In this document: positions 53,533 through 63,151 of the stretch, in pieces
How positions within the stretch are numbered: the first letter of the stretch is position 1
Layout: every line of letters begins with the position of its first letter
Assembly: GCF_004010195.1 (NCBI RefSeq)
Contig: NC_057711.1
Coordinates: 38,620,751 to 38,683,901, forward strand
From: Chiloscyllium plagiosum
Lineage: Eukaryota
Direction of reading: 5' to 3'
DNA: 63,151 bases
Made by a program: the position numbers and the translations under genes
The notes under the pieces: generated by a model
The model's database searches: none
What the model was told of the DNA's origin: nothing
What the model saw: only the letters and a program-made list of their open reading frames with translations

Positions 53533-53640
53533 CTGGGAGTGCTTGGAGCGTGTCACTGTAATGGTACTGGAGGAGAGCCCTGTGCTTGTGCCAGGATGGC
53601 AGCTGCTACACGGAAACAGCTACTGCAACAGAAGCAAGAG
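53533..53640 (+). CDS. CCDC125: CCDC125 coding exon 8: [36 protein letters not shown]
   Basis: AG/GT boundaries; LGACxC...PCxCARMAA motif. Confidence 0.96.
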
Positions 53641-55118
53641 GTACCAACTTTTTTAACTTCATTACTAGGATTAAATTATTTAAAATGTGAATCGTGTATC
53701 AAGTAAAATTAATGCATTCTGCCACTGTTACTTCAGATTCATAATGCAGACACGACATTGCACACTGAATCTAAAAATATTCAGAATGCTTCACTTTATT
53801 ATAAAGTGCTTGTTAGAGTTGGGTCTTGGGTAAACAAATATTCACCTGAAAGTGATAGGTGAATTTCCTTGGTACTCTGTGCTGTTATACTTTTTAGAAG
53901 CTAAATTCATCCCTTAAACTTTAAGGACATAAACAAGGTTTCTGCGAAGTTATAGTGGCAGAACTGAAATTTCATCCTCTTAATATCTTCATTCCAGTCT
54001 TAATTTACCAATCTTAGATCAATAATAATCACTGTAATGAGTGCATAGAGCTAGAGCATCTTTATTTAGTTCTTGAAACAAGTGATTTTAATGGGTATGA
54101 AAGATTATCAGGAATGTGCAGAAGTTGAGGTTAAAAATCAGATTAGCTATGATCTCATTGAATGGTGAAATAGGCTCGAATCGTCAAGTCACCTACCATT
54201 CTGCTTTGTTCGTATATTTGTGTTTATACGTGGTCTTTCATTCAACTGAACTTAAATGTAGCAGATTAAACAGGACATGATTTGAAAAGAATTAATATTG
54301 CAGCGTCTTTTTTGCTTTTGAAAAGGAAACTAAAAGGTTCTGTGATACTAAGTTGGCACATGACCCAATGAACTGTACAAGAGTGATGATCATCTTTACA
54401 AATATTACATAAACCAGCATTGTGTATTGCACAGACACCAGGCTTAACTAGCTTGATAGGAAGTAGTAGTACTTTAAATGTGCCAAGTTTTGACAAATGT
54501 AATTATATTCATGCTGAATTCTTAGAAGTTGCTTTTGCCAAAAATATCTTCAGATATCTAATTGTTTGACTTGTATATATCCAAATGTTATTTAATTGTT
54601 TATAGCTACTGGCATGCATCCAACAGTCAAGCTTCTTTCTGCCCCTATGCAAATACAGGATAAAACTGAAACGTAGATTTGGACAGAACAAGAGTTTTAG
54701 TATTGTTGCTCCATATTTTCAGCATGTTGCTTTTCTAATAGCATTTGGATCACCGCTCACTAAACAGTTGGTGATCAATAAATCTGATCAACAGAATTGG
54801 ACTTGAATGTCCTGACATCAGAGTGGCTAGTATGTTTGAAATTGGCTGGCATAGTTTTACAACTGGAACACAGATGCCTGTAAATTAATGATGCATGAAC
54901 ACAGGCATAACATGACACTGAAGTTGATGGGTATGGAAGTTGGATGTGTGTTTTTATATCTAAACTTTTCTGTGTACCACAATGATTGGAAAGCTGCAAA
55001 CTGGATGGGATGTCTATACCTGACCTGTTCTTTGCATTGTTATGTGTTTTAACCTTTGTAATAGACACAAGAACTTATCAGTTCTATTTTTTTTCCATAT
55101 GTCATCTTGAATCATTAG

Positions 55119-55290
55119 TTTGATCTTCAGAGAAAGCGAGAGGAAGAGGCCTACATAGTGGCTGATGCATTTAGAATTGCTTTTGAACATCAATTAAAAA
55201 GAACAAATGATCAAACTCTTCGAATTAGTGAAGTGGAAAAACTGCATAGAAAAGCTTCTAAGAAAGGGCTTGTTTGGAATCAAATAAAAG
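55119..55290 (+). CDS. CCDC125: CCDC125 coding exon 9: FDLQRKREEEAYIVADAFRIAFEHQL...VWNQIK
   Basis: EEAYxxADAFRIAFExQL motif; gtaaag donor; an alternative in-frame acceptor exists at 55130. Confidence 0.93.
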
Positions 55291-55618
55291 GTAAAGTCTA
55301 GGGGATGTAAAATTGTGAATCTTTTAATTGATGTGTTGGTCTTACCATTGATATTGCAGTTAACATTCAAACAAAGGCTTTGTTCATGTTTTAAACTAAT
55401 GTTTGAGGACACTTTAAGGCGTTGCTACAGTTTAAGATTTACCAACTTCTATTTTTGATCTTCTGAGTACAATAGTACTTAAGTACTATATCTACAGAGC
55501 TAACATTGAACATTTCATGAGATCAATCTGTTCCCAACAGTATACTGATTTGACATTAATACCTGACTTTTTGTTTAATGTAAGTTGTTTTCTTTTTCTT
55601 GCTTATACAATATTCCAG

Positions 55619-55755
55619 ATCCTATTCAGGGAACAAAAGTGATTCATTCAACACTTGGCCAAAAGTTGAAGGGTCTGTTCAGTTCCTCAACAGACCATAA
55701 GAATTTGGAGGTCTTGGATGACACGCGGGAGGTGCTAAGGCTACTTATAGACTTG
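55619..55755 (+). CDS. CCDC125: CCDC125 coding exon 10: (D)PIQGTKVIHSTLGQKLKGLF...REVLRLLIDL
   Basis: AG/GT boundaries, phase 1/0; EVLxxLIDL motif. Confidence 0.92.
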
Positions 55756-55950
55756 GTCTGTGATGTTTTTAAATTCAATACTATCTAATTTTGTGGTGAG
55801 GGTGTGATTCTATAGAATATTTCAACAAACTTTGATATTTCATATTGGTGTTAGTGAAATGGCATATCTCGATCAATATTTGAAAAAATATCAGGACTTC
55901 CATACATGATTATTGATAAAATAAGCTAATATTGCTTGGCAAAAGAATTT

Positions 55951-56362
55951 TGAAGCATTTCATAATGCACTGATCAGGACAATTTGCAGGAAGTACCAAT
56001 GCAAAGTAAAATCAACAGTCGTATGATGAGAGGATTGATTGCCTCAACCAATAAGAGTCCATAAGCTAACCATTAGCATGTACGTTGCCTGTTTCACCTC
56101 AGCAAAATAGGAGACTGCCATTCTGAGTCGATGGTCAAGGCATTGCCCTGAGAAATCAGAGATAACCTGCTTGCTTTAAAACTTAAGCAAAGCTTGTAGG
56201 TAACTGTCACTCATCATCTCTCTGATATGTTCTCTGTGGCAGTGTCTCTATCAGTTGTGTTCTCATCAACCAGTCAGCATATGCTTAGAGTATGAATGTT
56301 TTCTTTTTACACTGGTATTTCTTAAAAATTGTCCTGATGAATACAAGGTGAAAAGCTTTGAC
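55951..56362. mobile_element. Short inverted-repeat element with outward-facing hammerhead-like termini (third family)
   Basis: Right end gtc-CTGATGA-atacaaggt-GAAA-agcttt-gac; degenerate inverted copy at the left end. Confidence 0.6.
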
Positions 56363-56689
56363 GAAATGTTTTGTTTCTTCAGCAATACTCAAGGTTTATA
56401 CTATCAGACAGCAATTAAAAATAAATGATGCAACTTACACAGGTGATGCAAGAGGAAACAAAGCAGTACCAAACATCATGTGCTGGGTTTTCTTTTGGTA
56501 TGCTCTTCCTCATGATGAAATAGGTATAAATATTTCACTTGAAGTGTTCATTTGTTCCTGTCAAAACTAGATGGATCATGTTAAAATGTTAGAAAATCCA
56601 TTCTCTCGTCATCTGTTTTTAATACAAAATACTAATTAGTATCTTTTTCCATATGGTTTTGCTATCATCCTGTCTTTTTGAGCAGAAGT

Positions 56690-56740
56690 CTTGGCTGCCA
56701 TGATTTTACCTTGGCTGCCATGATTTTACCTTGGCTGCCA
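56690..56740 (+). repeat. 20-bp tandem repeat x2.5 (cttggctgccatgattttac)
   Basis: Exact direct repeats. Confidence 0.9.
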
Positions 56741-57935
56741 AGATTTGTTATATTAATTCTCTTGATAGCATGAAGTTCATTGTTGTACTGAAAATTTACG
56801 AAGTTTAACAGATAAATCTTAAGTGTGTTCTATCGGAATGTGGCTAATGTAAAGTTTTTAAAAAGATCAAGAAGAATTTATTGATTTGTTGCTCAATGTC
56901 CAAAAATTCAGAACCGTAGTTCAGAAAGTCATGAAGAATGACTTAGTCATTTGTGGCTTAATAGGAGGCCATTCAGGCCTAGCCAGTTGCTTTGGCTCTT
57001 CATGAAGCAATAGACTCAGCTTTATTTTCTCACTCTGTCCTGTAGCCCTGCAAGTTTATTTCCTTCAAGTGCCCGTCCAGTTTTGAAGTTACTGATCCTC
57101 TCTGCTTCCACTAGCTTCACAGGCTGTATACTCTAGGTCACTATCATTTGGTGTGTTAAGTGTTCTTCCTCATTTGTATCTCTAGCCCAAAACTCTAAAT
57201 CTGTGCCCAGTATTCTTTTTAACATTTATGAATGGGAATCATTGTTTTTCTTGTCTACCTTTATAAAACAATTTCATAATCTTGTCAGTCTTTATCAAAA
57301 TGCTTATTACATACCTTGCAGCTAATATCCCCCATTTCTGGAAGAATTCTGGTGAATCTCCCTTGCACCTTTCAAGGTCTCTTGCATTCTTCCTAAAGTT
57401 TTCCATTGTCTGTTTAATATTGTAGAATACAAAGTAGAATAAGTCAAACTGGATAGGGTTTGAATCTTACCACACCTTGGGCACTTTGTCCAATTCTGAT
57501 AAGTGAGACACGTGGATCAGGCAGAGAATAGTGGATGATCCCAATATTTTAAAAGTTTTTTACATTTGGGAAAGGAGTAGAGTAACTTGGATTCTTGCAT
57601 TGAATTATCAACTATGCTCGGACTACTAGTACAGCATGAATTGACCACCAGACTCTGTGCTACGACAAATGCATGAAATGGATTCTTGGGTACTATAAGA
57701 GAACAGAAAACTCTGGTATTATTATTTAAGATTCATTTAGTGTCCGTCAGGATCATCCTGGATGTATCAATTCTGTCTAGGGTGAGATGAATGGCCTGTC
57801 TTATTTATAGTTGTCTTATGAAATGTATTGCCACAAATTATTCTAACTGACTTGAAGTGTTCATTGGATACTTGCTCAGTTATTATATTAACCATAACTA
57901 AGATTCTAAATGTGTTTATTTCTTTCCATTCTTAG

Positions 57936-58190
57936 TTAAATGATAAAGAGGAAGCTCTGGCACATCAGCGGAAGGTTAGCTATATGTTGGCCCGACGTGT
58001 TGAGGATCTAGAACGAAAGTCCTTGAGGAAGGATACTGCAGCAACTGAAATTTTTAAAGTTGATCATTGTCAAAAAAGATTGCATGACTTAAAAAATAAT
58101 TCTTTCCTATCAACTGATCGAAACCCAAGTGAACACAAGACGGTTTTGAGGACAAACTCTTCCCCTGCAGGTTACTTCATGGGCAATTGA
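57936..58190 (+). CDS. CCDC125: CCDC125 last coding exon: [21 protein letters not shown]...[14 protein letters not shown]
   Basis: [20 protein letters not shown] motif; spliced CDS totals 1491 nt = 496 aa. Confidence 0.96.
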   Translation, partial: LNDKEEALAHQRKVSYMLARRVEDLERKSLRKDTAATEIFKVDHCQKRLHDLKNNSFLSTDRNPSEHKTVLRTNSSPAGYFMGN

Positions 58191-58377
58191 AAATTCAGAA
58201 GAATTTATTAAAACAGAGCTTGTGGCAAGACGTTTGATGGAACAAACATTAGTGCTGAAGCCAAAAAAATTCCATGATGTTTGTTCATAAATGTAAGAAG
58301 ACATTTTTTCAGAATGGACATGATATCTATTTTTTAAATTAACTTGTAAAAAGACTTAATAATTGTTTAAGCCACTT

Positions 58378-58800
58378 CTAGAGTTATACAGCATGGAAAC
58401 ATAACCTTCATGCCAACCATATTCCCAAATTAAACAAATTCCACTTTTTGTTTGGCCCACATCCCTCTGAAACCTTTTCTGTTAGTGTACTTAACCAAAT
58501 GTCTTAAATGTTGTAACTGTACCTGCATCCGCCGCTGTCTCTGGCAGCTCATTCCATGTATGAACCACTGTTTTTTAAAAAATTGTTCTCCTTATATTCT
58601 TAACTTTCTCCTCTCACATTAAAAATATGCCCCATAGTTTTGAACTCCCCCCACCCTGTCATTCACCTTATCTATGCCTGTCATAATTTTTTAAACCTCT
58701 ATAAGGTCACCCCATAACCTCCTATGCTCCAGTGGAAAAAAACTTCAGCTTCTCCAACCTGTCCTTTTAACTCAAAACCTCCATTCCTGGCAACATCCTA
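58378..58800 (-). mobile_element. CR1 3' end fragment
   Basis: Homologous to 9590-10230 and 17242-17605. Confidence 0.8.
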
Positions 58801-58859
58801 ATTTGATTTTGTTCTTAGTAAAATATTGGTAATCTAATGTAAATATTAAAATGAGACAA

Positions 58860-59121
58860 GTCAAAGCTTTTCATCTTGCACTTATCAGGACTGGGACACA
58901 AGATAGTGACTTGGCAAAGGAACACTAAAGAGCATGGGAAGAGAATGTTGAATGATTGGCATGGTAATCCAGTAGGAACAGTTAATGACCCATTTCAGTT
59001 CTCAGACCAGCCAGCACTCTGGTAATTCTTCCACTTAAACTGTATAAATAGGCTTCCACTTTTTTCTTAGTTTTGTTTTTTGCATTCTAGCCCTGATGAG
59101 TGCAAGACAGGAAGCTTCAAC
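58860..59121. mobile_element. Second copy of the third-family inverted-repeat element, downstream of the CCDC125 stop
   Basis: Left end reverse complement gtcctgataagtgcaagatgaaaagctttgac; right end gccctgatgagtgcaagacaggaagcttcaac. Confidence 0.6.
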
Positions 59122-59404
59122 CAATCTATCTTTTTAGTTTCAGGCTGGCAAGCAATTATTTAGAGTCTAATTAGTTTGCACAGTTTAATTTGCCTTACAA
59201 AATTAGTGAGTGACTTACTAAATCTAATTATATTCATATATTGAATGTACAAATATTTATGAATGCAACTTGGCACTTAACATTATTTAAGAGTCTAGAA
59301 ATATTTATTTAATACATAACTTCAATGTGGAATATAAATCAAACGAAGCAAAGTGGCAGTGCTCCAGCCAGATTGACCCTTAAGAACTGTTTTAGTTCTG
59401 ATCA

Positions 59405-59727
59405 TGGGTGGCACGGTGGCACAGATGGGTGGCACAGTGGTTAGCACTGCTGCCTCACAGCACCAGGGACCCAGGTTCATTTCCTGCCTCAGGCGACTGA
59501 CTGTGGAGTTTGCACATTCTCCCCGTGTCTGCGTGGGTTTGCTCCGGTTTCCTCCCACAATCCAAAAATGTGCAGGTTAGGTGAATTGGCCATGCTAAAT
59601 TGCCTGTAGTGTTAGGTGAAGGGGTAAATGTAGGGGAATGAGTCTGGGTGGGTTGCACTTCGGCGGGGCGGTGTGGACTTGTTGGGCTGAAGGGCCTGTT
59701 TCCACACTGTAAGTAATCTAATCTAAT
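59405..59727 (+). mobile_element. Full-length tRNA-derived HE1-like (V-SINE) element
   Basis: A-box-like ggcacagtggttagc, B-box-like ggttcatttcc, V-domain gtggagtttgcacattctccccgtg, CR1-like 3' tail with (aatct)n. Confidence 0.85.
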
Positions 59728-61339
59728 TAAGACATGAAGGTGATAATGAAAATTGTCACGATGCTTTTGACCTTTTGAAGATCACAAAGTGTATCTGGAG
59801 CTTTGAAAGATGGTATTCAGAAAGAAGATTTCTGCAAAACTATACCATTATGAAAGACATTTGCAAAGTTATTTCAGATTAAATTGCAAGTGGACATCAA
59901 ATTTAGGATTGGTATTTTAAAAAACTTTCATCCCATGAAAGAAGTAATTTATGTTTTCATAGCACCTATCATGCTACATTCAAAAGTGGTTTGCAATGAA
60001 TTCTTTTTGCAGTGTGCTGAGTACTATTTAAGCAATGTAAGTAGTAAAATGTCCCTTCTAATAACAGCTTTTTCAGGACACAATGGCATGCTGTGAAAAT
60101 TGGCCAACTGATTGTGTTTCCCTTCCCAGCAAGCCAGTCAGGAAGCTTGCAGAATTTACTGTCAAATTGGATCAGGCTAGAAATATGCAAGCCATTTACC
60201 TTGATTGACTGACTATATTGAATAGATATTGTTGGGTCAATGTGGCAAGGTTTCAGATAGGCTGGACATTTGGTAGAACTGTTTTGAAAACCGCCTCGCT
60301 CCTAGAGTTGGCTCAATCAATATGGAAATTCAGTATCCAGTACTGCCTTTTATAACACATCTTATTGGGCTAGAAACACATAGCTGAATTATGTTAAATA
60401 TATCAGTTTGATTCAGCGATGTAAATACATAGGAGAAATCTGCATGTTGGTTCAATGATAGTAAGACATTATACTTGGGAATGCCCTGGAGAACTGTAAT
60501 TAAATTGGCCACTTGAATCAGAGGGCCTGATACTCCAGAGACTATGTCTGCACAAGAAGCAGGAACCTTGGAAACAAGAAACACAGGCTCCACTTCAGTT
60601 TGGTCAGCTGTAACTCAGGTAGTACAAATTTCTTTATCACTTTGTGCATTCAAAGCAAATTTTTTAAAAAGTGGGATAACATAGTAATTTAAGAACTGCA
60701 AGGTTACTCAGGAAATAGAGGGAAAGACTGGTTTTATAGAATTACGTGGATATAACTTGTGTATCAACAATAATAAACTACTTCTCATGGTAAACTGTAT
60801 CTCATTAGTCTAAAAAGCGTCCCAGTCAGTAAGCAAGTAAATTAAACACACACAAACGGTGCAGCAGTTAATATGCACACCAGCTTGTTGTCGCAAACAA
60901 ATAAACAACCAATCAGTCAATTTTTACTAGTATTGGGTTAAGGATATATGTTTTGAGGAGAATTCCCCTGTTCTGCTTCAATTAAGCCATGAGATCACCG
61001 TGTCCATTTTAAGCCTTTCTGACATTACCTTATTTGCCATAAAACCTCAACAGGGAATTTGATTTGAGAAAATGCAACAGATGTTTTAGAGTGGAACGAA
61101 GTTGGTATTGTCTAATTTTATCCAAATGCAATATGAAAAATTGCACTTGTATCAAAGGGATCACTAACGCAATTCACAAGAGAATAGTTTTGACTTTAAC
61201 AATTTGAATTTATATAGACAGTTTACTTAGTTGACATGCCAGATAAAAATAGAAAATGACAAAACTAATTTTATCCATTCATGAGAATCTCTCATTTTGG
61301 TTTTTAAATAGCATCCCCTTATTTTCTTACTCTGCTGTA

Positions 61340-62350
61340 GTTGTACAGCCTGGAAATAGACAAGTTGGAACAAAGGGTCTATATCGACCACGTTTCCCAA
61401 ACTAAACTGGTCCCATATCCCTGTAAACTTTTCCTATTCATGTGCCTGTCCACATATCTCAAGTATTGTAACTGTACCTGTATCTACCACTTCTTGTGTC
61501 AGTTCATTCCACATACCAATCATTATGTGTGAAAACGTTGCCCCTACAGTCTCTCAAGTCTTTCTCCTCTCACCTTAAAGATGTGTCATGTTGTTTTGAA
61601 ACCCCCAATCGTAAGGGAAACACCTTTGCTATTCACTTTATGTCCGTCATGACTTTACAAACCTCAGTAAGGTCACCCCTCAATCTCCTCCAATCCAGTC
61701 AAAAAGGTACCAGCATATTCTGCCTCTTCTTGTAACTCAAACCCTCCTGTCCTGGTACCATCCATGCAAATTTTCTCTGCACCTCCTCCAATTTGACATC
61801 CTTCCTATAGCAAGGCAACCAGAACTGTACACCATACTCCAACGTCTTGCTTAAGAAAGGAAGTGGGGATCATACATGAAATGATAAGCGAGTCAACCTG
61901 ATGTCTGTGGTGGGGAAGCTTTGAAGACGATACTGAGGGACAAGATCTATGTACATTTGGAAGAAAATAGACTAGTTAGTGACATGCACCGTGGTTTTGT
62001 ATGGGGAAGTTTGTCTCACCAACCTGATTGAATTTTTTTGAAGCGGTGTCAAAGGTAATTGATGAGGGAAGGGCTGTGGATGTAGTTTATATGGAATTTA
62101 ATAAGGCATTTGATACAGTCCTGGAACAAAAACAAAAATTGCATGGGATTCAGGATGGACTGGCTCAAATGGATACAAAACTGGCTTGGTTGTAGAAGTG
62201 GTAAGTGTTTTTCAGAATGGAGACTGGGAACTAGTTCCAAAGGGATTCGTCTTAGGTATTCTGTTGTCTGTAGTATATATCCATGAGCTGGAGGAAAATA
62301 CGGGTGGTTTGATTAGTAAGTTTGCAGATGACACAAAGATCGGTGGAGTT
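61340..62350. mobile_element. CR1 3' end (-, 61340-61845) abutting an RT fragment (+, 61850-62350)
   Basis: Homology to other CR1 copies in the window; FADDTK at about 62320. Confidence 0.75.
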
Positions 62351-62919
62351 ATCTGCTGCTAGTTCCTAAAAGAAATTCTCAATCCTCTAGTCTACCACTC
62401 ATAGTATGCCTTAGTGTTTGATTGGATGTTGTCCTTGACTGTCTTCGTTAACGATGGGTAGTTCATCCTTCTCATGAAGTCCTTTTCAACTGGAATGAAT
62501 TTTTACTGAGTCCTATGTTAAACTTGTTTAAATGACTGCCATTTCAGACCTTCTCCTTTGTCTATTTCTCCACAACTACTTTTCTTACACTGTAATTGCC
62601 AAGGCAGATTTATTTCACAATGGCTAAATCCAATAACAACAGATCAATCACCCCTTCATCAGTGGTGGAAAAACTTCTGATAGTACTGGTAAAATTATCC
62701 ATCAATTGACATAATATTAGTTATCATTTAGCAGTCACTGTGGATTTACCAAAGGTCATGTTTGACAAATTCACAGAATTGCAGAATTGTTATGGTACAA
62801 GATGGCACAAGAGGGCAGCATTTGGCTGATCACATCCAATTCTTTAAATGAACATCATGATTTTGAAGTTAGTGCTGTTTCCCAGTATCGCTGTGCATGG
62901 ATGACTATTTGAATAAAAA

Positions 62920-63151
62920 TAAATAGAACACAGAACATAGAAGAATACAGCGCAGTACAGGCCCTTTGGCCCTCGATGTTGCGCCGATCCAAGCCCACCT
63001 AACCTATACTAACCCACTATCCTCCATATACCTATCCAATGCCCGCTTAAATGCCCATAAAGAGGGAGAGTCCACCACTGCTGCTGGCAGGGCATTCCAT
63101 GAACTTACGACTCGCTGAGTGAAGAACCTACCCCTAACTTCAGTCCTATAT
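62920..63151 (-). mobile_element. CR1 3' UTR, running off the window end
   Basis: agaacatagaa tail, aggccctttggccc hairpin, ttcactcagcgagtcgt motif on minus. Confidence 0.7.

Noticed and set aside
56690-56740. Direct repeats as a CRISPR-like array
   Set aside because: No spacers; simple slippage duplication in a eukaryotic intron
59405-59490. tRNA gene
   Set aside because: The tRNA-like head continues into a SINE body and tail; no complete cloverleaf
59750-63151. CDK7 3' exons on the minus strand, expected from human synteny
   Set aside because: No kinase or CDK7 C-terminal motif recognised; ORF 60330-60593 resembles nothing I know

Overview
Eukaryotic, repeat-rich vertebrate DNA, most likely from a shark. 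This rests on HE1/V-SINE-type SINEs and abundant CR1/HER1-type LINEs; there are no prokaryotic features. Two complete spliced genes lie on the + strand: AK6 (5 coding exons, 759-14694, 172 aa) and CCDC125 (probable non-coding exon 1 near 28.1 kb plus 11 coding exons, 34732-58190, 496 aa). All reconstructed introns are GT-AG and phase-consistent. Most other long ORFs are decayed transposon fragments (CR1, L1, L2, RTE, Penelope-like); short ones are noise. An 11-kb multi-level nested TE stack separates the two genes. The most striking signal is at least three sequence families of Penelope-like or short non-autonomous elements carrying minimal type I hammerhead ribozyme motifs (CUGANGA...GAAA-CGUC/AGCUU). 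Many form long inverted-repeat insertions, several with clean 11-15 bp target-site duplications, and two copies are identical over 98 bp, suggesting recent activity. Family names and homologies come from recalled motifs, not database searches.
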